The position numbers and the translations under genes were made by a program. From positions 1 to 64,000 of the IMG/VR virus record IMGVR_UViG_3300017991_000077: 64,000 nucleotides of DNA; one strand, 5' to 3'. Below, one piece after another: positions 56,450 through 64,000 of this stretch. The first letter of the stretch is position 1. The number at the start of each line of letters is the position of its first letter. The stretch comes from a virus. The notes beneath the pieces were generated by a model, which saw nothing but the letters and a program-made list of their open reading frames with translations, ran no database searches and had not been told where the DNA came from.

Positions 56450-58302
56450 TGAATACCTTAACTATATTACCCAAGCATTTTCGAGAGCTTGAGCAGAAGC
56501 TTGAGCAGTTTCCTCGATATGGTCTTGATTACGAAACAACGAGTAGTCATCCACATCCGAAGGCGGCGCTGCATCATGATAAGTTGCGAGTAGTCGGTTA
56601 TGGGCTGGGGTTTCCTGATGGGAGCAAGACCTATGTTCCCATGGCTCATATTGATGGGGGTAACGCCCCGATGTCTGAGGCCATGACGACTTTAGAGAAA
56701 GCGGTATCTAATCCAAAGAAGGAGGTATGGGCACACGGGTTAAAATTTGAGATTCAAGCAAGTCGGGCGATTGGTCTCGAAATTCAGAATAAGAAGAGAT
56801 GTAGTCTTCTTGCTCAGTGGTTACTCGGAAAAGGTTTTCGAGGGAGTAGGGGACATGGGCTCAAAGCTGCAGCCAAAGAATATTTAGGTGTGCAGATGAC
56901 TGAATGGGGAGAAGTGATTTCTGAGACTAAACGAGCACATGAGGTATCCCCAGAAGTGATGGGTCCTTATTGCGGAGATGATAGTTTGCAGACTTTGCGT
57001 CTCGGCGAACTCTGGGTGCCGGAGATGCGGGAGTTGGATTTAATTCATGTGTTCGAAGATCTTGAGTGTCCTTTTGCTGAAGTGCTTACTCATATTCGTG
57101 AAGTGGGCTTTGCTATCAATCGAGATATGCTTTTGGAGATGCACGAGGATTTTTCGAAAGAGGAGAAAAGACTTGGGGACGCCTTTTACGATTTAGTAGG
57201 GGTCAGTATTTCTTCTAATCAGAAAATATCTAGGCGGTTGTATGAGGAACTCAAGTGGTGGCCTTGTAAGGGGTTCAAAAAAGGAGCCTCAGGGTATTAT
57301 TCGATAGATAAAGGCCATAGAGAAAAACTGAAGTCTAGGTTGAAGGAGGGGTCTCCCGGATGGGCAGCACTTAACCTCAAAAGTAAGCATGCCCAGATAG
57401 CAAAGCTGAATTCGACATATACTCATTCTCTAGTTAAAGCAGCCGACTCAAATGTAGATGGTCGTCTCCGATGTGAATTCAAGCAACATGGAACAGATAC
57501 CGGAAGGTTATCCTCAGCTGATCCGAGTTTTCAAAACATTCCAAGTAGAGGTGACGGAAAAATAATTCGAGACGCTTTCATAGCGGAGGAGGGATGGGTA
57601 ATTTGTGATGCAGATTATTCAGGAGCTGATTTAGTGATGATGGCTCATCTCTCTAGAGACCCCAAAATGCTAGAGTTGTTTAATCGGCCGAACAAGGAAG
57701 ATAGGGATCTTCATCAGTTGACTGCTACTGAGTGTGATTGTCCGAGACCTACAGGGAAGGTTTTGAATCTTGGTCTTATTTATGAGATGGGGCCAGAAAC
57801 CCTTTCGGGGAATTTAAAATGTAGTTTTCAAGTGGCGAAGATGATTCATGCGAAGTGGCACACTGCGTATCCAATGGTTAGAGCTTATCATGCGAGGCAA
57901 CATGCCTATGTTTTAAAGCATGGGTATGTGAGGACGATAACTGGACGTGTTCGGCTGCTTCCTGAAGTATATTCTAAGAATCCCCGAATTAGGGCTATGG
58001 GTTTACGAAACGCAGTCAATACTGCAGACCAAGGTTCGGTGGCCGATGTCATCAAAATCGCAATGAGGAATCTTTATCTAGAATGGAAAGAGCGAGGAGT
58101 TCTTTATGATTATTGGACTAAGCAAGGAAAGGCTAAAATCCAGAGTCAAGTGCATGATGAGGTAATCTGTTCTCTTAGAAAAGATTTCGCAGAAGAGGGT
58201 AAGAACGACATCCAGAGGCATATGGAGAATGCGGTGAAACTTCGGGCACCTATGATAGCAGAGCCCGGACTAGGGCCTACTTGGTTGTCTGCGAAAGTAT
58301 AG
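56449..58302 (+). CDS. polA: family A DNA polymerase with 3'-5' exonuclease domain
   Basis: ExoI LDYETT, ExoIII YCGDD, TGRLSS..P..QNIP, motif A ADYSGADL, motif B R..GK.LNLGLIY, motif C QVHDE. Confidence 0.95.
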   Translation: MNTLTILPKHFRELEQKLEQFPRYGLDYETTSSHPHPKAALHHDKLRVVGYGLGFPDGSKTYVPMAHIDGGNAPMSEAMTTLEKAVSNPKKEVWAHGLKFEIQASRAIGLEIQNKKRCSLLAQWLLGKGFRGSRGHGLKAAAKEYLGVQMTEWGEVISETKRAHEVSPEVMGPYCGDDSLQTLRLGELWVPEMRELDLIHVFEDLECPFAEVLTHIREVGFAINRDMLLEMHEDFSKEEKRLGDAFYDLVGVSISSNQKISRRLYEELKWWPCKGFKKGASGYYSIDKGHREKLKSRLKEGSPGWAALNLKSKHAQIAKLNSTYTHSLVKAADSNVDGRLRCEFKQHGTDTGRLSSADPSFQNIPSRGDGKIIRDAFIAEEGWVICDADYSGADLVMMAHLSRDPKMLELFNRPNKEDRDLHQLTATECDCPRPTGKVLNLGLIYEMGPETLSGNLKCSFQVAKMIHAKWHTAYPMVRAYHARQHAYVLKHGYVRTITGRVRLLPEVYSKNPRIRAMGLRNAVNTADQGSVADVIKIAMRNLYLEWKERGVLYDYWTKQGKAKIQSQVHDEVICSLRKDFAEEGKNDIQRHMENAVKLRAPMIAEPGLGPTWLSAKV

Positions 58303-58311
58303 GAGAGATTA

Positions 58312-58497
58312 ATGGAGATTTCAGTAGCAGAGGCAAGAGAAGTTATTTCAAAGGCTTTTAAGGAGGACCCACATTTCAAATTTGGTTACATCGCCAATAT
58401 TGCAGAGTTTCTTCATGATCGGGGTTATCTGAAACAGCCATTGAAAGATAAAAATGATGTAGCTGAGGCTGTGCTCGATTTAATATTTGAAGGGTAG
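58312..58497 (+). CDS. hypothetical protein
   Basis: AGGAG RBS; KEDP...GYIANIA pattern. Confidence 0.65.
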   Translation: MEISVAEAREVISKAFKEDPHFKFGYIANIAEFLHDRGYLKQPLKDKNDVAEAVLDLIFEG

Positions 58498-58580
58498 TCC
58501 TATAGATAAGGACGGTGCCGGCAGCTAAGATTTCGCGAGTTTTCGACAACAAAAGTACATAGCAAGAAGACCAGACAATA

Positions 58581-58862
58581 ATGTGTGGGTTCTTGAGGTT
58601 GTCGGCACCGTTTTATATTTGGAGAAACAATGTCCGAATCAAGAACTATTCCTTTGAAGCACCCTCCTTTTTAGAGGAGGTTTGTGAGGAATTGAGTTTA
58701 TATAGACCTCGTGTCTTGGAGTGTACGGTAGATGAAAGTTGGATTGATATGAAGCTTCGTTGTGGAATCAACAAAAAGCCTGTTTGGTTCATAGGGCGTG
58801 TTTGGTATGACCGTCCATATTATATGTTGCATACCGGGTGGATTTGGATTGGAGTCTGGTGA
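58581..58862 (+). CDS. hypothetical protein
   Basis: ORF track; start uncertain. Confidence 0.35.
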   Translation: MCGFLRLSAPFYIWRNNVRIKNYSFEAPSFLEEVCEELSLYRPRVLECTVDESWIDMKLRCGINKKPVWFIGRVWYDRPYYMLHTGWIWIGVW

Positions 58863-59020
58863 TGAAACGACAACGAAAGAAGAATGCTAAGAGAGAAGCT
58901 CTATGGCTTGCGTGTTTGATAAAGGCACATCCTGGTTTAATATTCTTTTCTGGACCACGGAAACTCTATTATGTGGGTGAAGAGTAGCTGAGGCTAGGTC
59001 AAAAAAAGGAAACTCAGCAT

Positions 59021-59218
59021 ATGATTAAAAATATACCCGATAAGCCAGGACACTACTGGTATTGTTTGCAGGGTAAAGACCCAATAATAATTAAGATAAT
59101 TAAGCTTCCTGGTAGAGAGGCATGGACTACGATTGATGGATATGGATGTAAGGTAGAAGACCTTCCAGGAGTCGTAGGGCCATTAAGAATCGAGGATTTT
59201 ATTCCTCCAGCCATTTAA
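59021..59218 (+). CDS. hypothetical protein
   Basis: PDKPGHYWY motif common in small phage proteins. Confidence 0.6.
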   Translation: MIKNIPDKPGHYWYCLQGKDPIIIKIIKLPGREAWTTIDGYGCKVEDLPGVVGPLRIEDFIPPAI

Positions 59219-59229
59219 CAGGTGAAATT

Positions 59230-59493
59230 ATGGCGACACATACTTTGAAGGCTTGGCCCAACTTTTTTGAGGCTGTGCGAAAAGGAATAAAGACTTTTGA
59301 AATCCGTAAAAACGATAGGGGATTTCGGGTAGGAGATATACTTAATCTTAATGAGTATGATCCTTCTAGAAAAACCTATTCAGGAAATGTTTTGGAAATG
59401 AAGGTCACTTATCTGTTGAGTGATCCCCATTTCGGTCTTCAAGACGGATACGTGGTGATGGGTATTGTTCCGAGGAGTTTTCATGAGTTTTAA
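59230..59493 (+). CDS. DUF3850 / ASCH-PUA domain protein
   Basis: HTLKAWPNFFEAVRKGIKTFEIRKNDRGFRVGDILNLNEY...GYVVMGI. Confidence 0.9.
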   Translation: MATHTLKAWPNFFEAVRKGIKTFEIRKNDRGFRVGDILNLNEYDPSRKTYSGNVLEMKVTYLLSDPHFGLQDGYVVMGIVPRSFHEF

Positions 59494-61711
59494 GAGTGCT
59501 ATTGTGGATAGTATGGTTCGAGTATTCGAGACTAAGGTGCCTGAGTATCTTTACTCTGAGTATACACTCAACACCGTAGAGGGAGGTTTTAAGCTCTATT
59601 CGGTAGATTCAAATTCTGGGGTAGTTTCTTTTCCACGTTCGGCCCAACGATATTTTGATTGTGAAGATCGTACTTCTCAAGGAAGAAGTATTGATCGGGA
59701 ATACGAGGCTAAGTTTAAGCCAAGAGAATATCAAGAAGAAGCTGTTGCGGCGACATGTCAGTACCTGTCTCGGCATAGGGGAGGAGTTCTTATTGCAGGT
59801 TGTGGAAAAGGAAAGACCGTTATGGCCACTGAAAGTGCACTCAGACTAAACAAGTCGACATGTATTTTAGTGCATAAGGAGTTTTTGGCAGACCAATGGG
59901 AAGCAGCTATAAAAATGCTTTCTGGAATTCATACTGTAGGTCGGTTGAAGCGGGATCAATGTGATACAGGTCAAGATTTTGATTTCGTCATTGCGAGTAC
60001 TCAGAGTCTTACTAATCCAAAGCGGGAGTATCCCAAAGAATTTTTTGATTCTTTTGGATTGTTAATCGCAGACGAATGTCACAGATACGGGGCTGAAATT
60101 TGGCACCAGGTATTTCAGCAGTTCCCCGCTCGGTATCGACTCGGGTTAACAGCCACCGCGGAGAGGTATGATGGGCTGTGGGGACTCGTGCAAGAACATG
60201 TCGGATATACCGCGACTTGTATCGATGCAGATCCTATCGAGAATAAAGTATTCATGGTGAAACTGACTACAGGAATTCCAGAATCGGCATGGAATCATAA
60301 GTGGTTGGACGATAATATGAAGAGGGCCAAGCTAGTATCTATTTTAGCAAACCACGATGGCAGGAATGAGGTGATTGCTCGGAATATTCTCAAGGCTTTC
60401 GAGAGCAATCGAATAACTTTAGTGATTTCAGAAAGACGGGCGCAGCTTGAGGAGCTTAGTAAGAAGCTTCAGAGTAGAGGCGTAGATGAAAAGCATATTG
60501 GATTTTTTGTAGGGGGTCGCAAGAAGAAAGATTTAGACGAGGTACAGTTGAAGCCGCTTATCATGTGCTGTTTGGAAGAAGATGCTTTGTGTTTAACTCT
60601 AACTGGGTGGAAGCATTATTCTCAGTTGAGTATCGGGGAGTGGGTAGCATCCTATAGTATAGAGAGAGAGGTTATTGAGTATGTCCCTCTAGTAGATATT
60701 AAGGTTTATGATTTTGATGGCTATCTCGCTGAAATAGATAGGAAAAGATTAAATGTTAGGATGACTTGGGGTCATAAGAATGTAGTTTATAGAGGAGGTA
60801 AAGAATTTCTTGAAAAGGCGTGTTTTTTACAGACTGGAGACAAAGTTAGAGTGTTTGCTCCTGTTGATTATCCAGAACATGGGGAGAGTATAGGAGTTTC
60901 GCAGGCAGAGTTGGTGGGATGGTTTATCGCTGAAGGTACATGTACGCGGGATGATGGTGTGATTTTATACCAAAACGAGGGGAAGACTGCTGAGCGGATA
61001 GACTATTTACTCGGAATAGCTGGTTGGGCGTATTCTCGAAGAGAGTATCGTCCAGGACAAATCAGTTGGCATTTCGGAGCAGCTCTTTCTAGAGCTACTT
61101 TTTTGAATTGGTCTCCAGATAAAGATTTAAATTCTTTTTTAATAGGGTTGCCTCAAAGGGAAGTAGACGCTTTATTTGTTGGTTTGGTTGATGGTGATGG
61201 GAGTTACTACAAAAACACAGTTGTTTTTACGCAGAGAAAAGTTTCTACGGTCGATTGGTTTACTATTTTAGCTCTTCGGTGTGGCTATTCACCTTATGTA
61301 GGTAAGGATGAAAGAATAGGTAGAGTCTTCTTAACTAAGAAGAAATTTGTTGGTCTTACGGATAGAGAGTTTCATGTAGCTCCAGTTAAGTATAGAGGGA
61401 AGGTATGGTGTCCGAAGACGAAGAATGACACTTGGATTGCTCGGAGTAGAGGTTCTATTTTTATTACTGGTAATACCTATCAGATGGCCAAAGAAGGATT
61501 AGATATTGAGGCGTTGGATGCTTTGTTTATGGCTACCCCTCAATATGGAGTTACGCAGACCGTAGGTCGAATATTGAGAGAGCTTGAAGGTAAGGCTGTT
61601 CCCGTTACAGTTGATTTTGTTGATTCAGATGTTGAGCGGTTGAGAGGTCAGGCGTTTGGACGGGTAAAACAATATCGCGCTTTAGGATGTGAAGTTGTAG
61701 GAGAGTTTTGA
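59483..61711 (+). CDS. SF2 DExH helicase (UvsW/Ssl2-like) interrupted by an intein
   Basis: PREYQ, GCGKGKT, IADECHR, GLTAT, TYQMAKEGLDI, QTVGRILR. Confidence 0.92.
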   Translation: MSFKSAIVDSMVRVFETKVPEYLYSEYTLNTVEGGFKLYSVDSNSGVVSFPRSAQRYFDCEDRTSQGRSIDREYEAKFKPREYQEEAVAATCQYLSRHRGGVLIAGCGKGKTVMATESALRLNKSTCILVHKEFLADQWEAAIKMLSGIHTVGRLKRDQCDTGQDFDFVIASTQSLTNPKREYPKEFFDSFGLLIADECHRYGAEIWHQVFQQFPARYRLGLTATAERYDGLWGLVQEHVGYTATCIDADPIENKVFMVKLTTGIPESAWNHKWLDDNMKRAKLVSILANHDGRNEVIARNILKAFESNRITLVISERRAQLEELSKKLQSRGVDEKHIGFFVGGRKKKDLDEVQLKPLIMCCLEEDALCLTLTGWKHYSQLSIGEWVASYSIEREVIEYVPLVDIKVYDFDGYLAEIDRKRLNVRMTWGHKNVVYRGGKEFLEKACFLQTGDKVRVFAPVDYPEHGESIGVSQAELVGWFIAEGTCTRDDGVILYQNEGKTAERIDYLLGIAGWAYSRREYRPGQISWHFGAALSRATFLNWSPDKDLNSFLIGLPQREVDALFVGLVDGDGSYYKNTVVFTQRKVSTVDWFTILALRCGYSPYVGKDERIGRVFLTKKKFVGLTDREFHVAPVKYRGKVWCPKTKNDTWIARSRGSIFITGNTYQMAKEGLDIEALDALFMATPQYGVTQTVGRILRELEGKAVPVTVDFVDSDVERLRGQAFGRVKQYRALGCEVVGEF
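60569..61474 (+). mobile_element. intein with LAGLIDADG-type homing endonuclease (302 aa)
   Basis: Starts CLEEDALCLTLTGWK; block B TWGH; LVGWFIAEG and LFVGLVDGDGS; ends VWCP...WIAR..GSIFITGN|T. Confidence 0.9.
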
Positions 61712-62299
61712 GTGATACGATGTAAAGACTGTGACTTCTGGTTGGGCAAATATTTTTTTGAGAGTGATTATTATACGGGAGAAGAAAAAACAGGGCCAGT
61801 TCCTAATTGTAGCCATCCCAAATGGGTAGAGGCTTCGAAAGAGGAGGTTCCTCCTTCGGATGGAGTGCACTATTGGGATTTTGAAGATTACGGGGCGATG
61901 TTTGCAACGGGTCCGGAGTTCGGATGTATCCATGGGGAAGCTCCTGATACGCTTGATCAGATTTACATAGATGAAGAATTTTGTAAGAAGGTGACGATTA
62001 AAAGCGGAGGGGAAGACGATGAAGAACTTGTGGACTGGTTTGAAGATGAATCGATAGCCTTTAATTGCGGTGGGTATTATGAGGCTCCAGTTCCTTTGTC
62101 AAAAGATCTCGGGAAGGAAGATGTATGTATTGTCTTCTATCCAAAAGAAGGAAAAATCATTGATGAAAGTGAGATGCTAAGTAGGTTGCACAACGGACCT
62201 AACGATTGGGTTGCTTTTCGATCAGATGGAAAAGACCTCCGGCCAGTACATGTTGATCGAGACGCCTCGAACGAGGTTGAATATAGCAAAACTCTCTGA
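61712..62299 (+). CDS. hypothetical Cys-containing acidic protein
   Basis: CKDCDFW...TGPEFGCIH motif. Confidence 0.65.
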   Translation: MIRCKDCDFWLGKYFFESDYYTGEEKTGPVPNCSHPKWVEASKEEVPPSDGVHYWDFEDYGAMFATGPEFGCIHGEAPDTLDQIYIDEEFCKKVTIKSGGEDDEELVDWFEDESIAFNCGGYYEAPVPLSKDLGKEDVCIVFYPKEGKIIDESEMLSRLHNGPNDWVAFRSDGKDLRPVHVDRDASNEVEYSKTL

Positions 62300-62435
62300 A
62301 TGCACTTTAGTAGAAGAGAATTTTTTCTTGGCTTTTGTCGATAAGGAAGGAAACAAAGTAGACCTTTTTATCCGAGAAACGAGGGAGGACGGAACAGTAA
62401 TCCCAATAGTCATTAAGCATAAGGAGAAGATATGA
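62250..62435 (+). CDS. hypothetical protein
   Basis: Fills a gap; stop overlaps the next ATG; start uncertain. Confidence 0.4.
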   Translation: MLIETPRTRLNIAKLSECTLVEENFFLAFVDKEGNKVDLFIRETREDGTVIPIVIKHKEKI

Positions 62436-62854
62436 AGGTTTCACATGTGCGTATCCCTAGAAAATCCGTCGATTTGAGACTTAATGGTAAGGATATATTA
62501 ATCAGTCTAGACATCCCTTGGTTTACTTATCTTTGGAGACGATTAGAGCTAGAAAACTTGTTGGTTAATGGTGTTGAGGGTTTTAAAGAATTGGTTTTAT
62601 TCGATGGAGATTTGTACTGGCCAGCCCTTACGCAGATTCGAAGTACGACGGATGGAATACATTTACGAGTATCGTGGGAGACTCTGACGAAAAAAGATTT
62701 GGTTGTTCTGTTTTGTGAGGAAGCAGCCGCTAATGCCGCATTACGGCATCGATTTGGGGGGGATGTAGTCGATGAGGTAGAAGATAAAAGGCATTCGATT
62801 TTTAAGCAGAGTCTTCAATCAATAGCCGCTGAACTGAGTGTAAGAAGGAGGTAA
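62432..62854 (+). CDS. hypothetical protein
   Basis: AAGGAG RBS. Confidence 0.65.
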   Translation: MKVSHVRIPRKSVDLRLNGKDILISLDIPWFTYLWRRLELENLLVNGVEGFKELVLFDGDLYWPALTQIRSTTDGIHLRVSWETLTKKDLVVLFCEEAAANAALRHRFGGDVVDEVEDKRHSIFKQSLQSIAAELSVRRR

Positions 62855-62987
62855 TAATGGGAAAGTTGAGTGAACTTGCTTCTGTTTTACAGGAGTCTTC
62901 AATCAATAGCCGCTGAACTGAGTGTAAGAAGGAGGTAATAATGGGAAAGTTGAGTGAACTTGCTTCTGTTTTACAGGAGTCTTCAAT
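62809..62987. repeat. exact 84-bp tandem duplication bounded by 11-bp microhomology GAGTCTTCAAT
   Basis: Copies at 62809-62892 and 62893-62976; third GAGTCTTCAAT at 62977. Confidence 0.95.
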
Positions 62988-63468
62988 AGTCGTAGACCAG
63001 GAAGTTTTGTTTTCTACTCCTGTAGAAGAAATGACCGAAGAAGCAGTTTTGGCTGCTTGGTCTTTTATTGATCGTATCGAGAAGGAGTTATTCAAAAAGA
63101 GGAAGGCGGAGTTGCGGACTGCTCTTATGGAGTTTGCGGAAGAGGGAGGTTCTAAGGACGCGAAGGGGTCCTTTATTTATCCTATCGGGGATGGTGAAGC
63201 GAAGAAGGAGCATAGGTCTGGCAAAATTTCTTTTGTGATGGAGGAAGTAGAGAAATTGATTGAGAGATGGGGAGATGATTCGAGGTTCGAGTCTCTTATC
63301 AAATACGTACCAAAAGTAGATGAATCTGTTTTCAAATTTCTTGTGGAAGCTGGTCTTCTCTCTAAGAGGGATATTGCACGGATAACTGATGTTGGGAAAC
63401 CTACTTATGCTTTGAAGGTTAAAAAGCCTTCTGCGGTAAAGAGGCTTCCTATTAAGAAGGGTAACTAG
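62941..63468 (+). CDS. hypothetical phage protein
   Basis: AAGGAGG RBS; G.KDAKGS...DE..F..LV..G pattern. Confidence 0.7.
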   Translation: MGKLSELASVLQESSIVVDQEVLFSTPVEEMTEEAVLAAWSFIDRIEKELFKKRKAELRTALMEFAEEGGSKDAKGSFIYPIGDGEAKKEHRSGKISFVMEEVEKLIERWGDDSRFESLIKYVPKVDESVFKFLVEAGLLSKRDIARITDVGKPTYALKVKKPSAVKRLPIKKGN

Positions 63469-64000
63469 ATGTCAGATTCAGTAGACACGGAGGGTGGGGG
63501 GAACAAAGCGGCTGAATACAATCGGACGTATTACACGAAGAACCAGGAGAGACTCAAAGAATACAGACGAAATCGCTATCGAGATGATCCTGAATATCGA
63601 GAGCAATGTATTCAACGGGCGCTTGAGAGAAAACAGAGATTGGCTGAACAGCGGTATCGAGAGGGAGGGCCGAAGCCGAGGAGGAATTTCTTGGAACCGG
63701 GTTACTTCTTGATCTCTTTAGGAGATACGGAAGTGAAGGTCAAGATGTTTACTATTGGTGTTTTGGCTAAACGGTTTGGAAGGGGAGTAAAAACTCTTCG
63801 AATGTGGGAGAGAAGAGGAACGATACCTTCGGCGATGTATCGAGATTCAGGGGGACGTTCAGGGAATCGATTATATACGGAGTTTCAGGTGGAGAAGTTG
63901 GTAGCTATCTTCAAGGAAGCTATCGAGGTAAATGGTCGTAGAATGGTGAAAAACCGAATAAACAAGACGGTGTTCCCAGAGTTGGCGAGGAAGCTTTGGG
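63469..64000 (+). CDS. MerR-like HTH DNA-binding protein (runs off the window end)
   Basis: Open frame from ATG 63469: FTIGVLAKRFGRGVKTLRMWERRGTIP...GNRLYTEFQVE; not in the ORF track. Confidence 0.8.
   Translation, partial: MSDSVDTEGGGNKAAEYNRTYYTKNQERLKEYRRNRYRDDPEYREQCIQRALERKQRLAEQRYREGGPKPRRNFLEPGYFLISLGDTEVKVKMFTIGVLAKRFGRGVKTLRMWERRGTIPSAMYRDSGGRSGNRLYTEFQVEKLVAIFKEAIEVNGRRMVKNRINKTVFPELARKLW

Noticed and set aside
5235-63095. The many minus-strand and alternative-frame ORFs in the track (e.g. 10239-10883, 30365-30946, 41911-42348)
   Set aside because: They are shadows of well-supported + strand genes, with no recognisable motifs
63494-63712. 72-aa ORF from the track
   Set aside because: It overlaps the better-supported MerR-like frame starting at 63469
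1-64000. Stop-codon reassignment, tRNA genes, integrase or prophage boundaries
   Set aside because: TAA, TAG and TGA all end full-length genes; no cloverleaf, recombinase or host gene was recognised by eye (a tRNA scan was not run)

Overview
This window is a contiguous 64-kb part of a tailed dsDNA bacteriophage genome with a contractile (myovirus-type) tail. Almost all genes lie on the + strand and use the standard genetic code. Layout: (i) 1-4.5 kb is a repeat-rich, largely non-coding, terminus-like region followed by small early genes, with three related sigma70-type promoters; (ii) 4.6-13.7 kb holds packaging, head and neck genes (terminase, portal, gp7/gpF-like head protein, scaffold, N4-gp56-like major capsid); (iii) 13.8-43.2 kb is a tail and baseplate cluster resembling extracellular contractile injection systems (sheath, gp19-type tube, frameshifted chaperone, tape measure, tube initiator, LysM, hub, spike, gp25, baseplate J, wedge, DUF6519-like fibre), interrupted by a ~10-kb block of fibre/LamG/CBM genes; (iv) 43.3-46.4 kb is an apparently separate unit encoding a 913-aa protein of 21 His-rich 41-aa repeats; (v) 46.6-47.7 kb has holin/spanin-like genes; (vi) 47.7-64 kb is the replication region (structured leader RNA, HTH initiator with internal iteron-like repeats, DnaC-like loader, DnaB helicase, primase, SSB, divergent family A polymerase, intein-containing SF2 helicase, MerR-like HTH), with two candidate peptidoglycan hydrolases interspersed. 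I saw no integrase, tRNA, CRISPR array or reverse transcriptase. The most notable items are a candidate kissing-loop/attenuator RNA switch in front of the replication operon, the His-repeat protein, a strongly AG-depleted first early gene, and unusual substitutions in the polymerase active site. All family assignments come from recognising motifs by eye, not from database searches.
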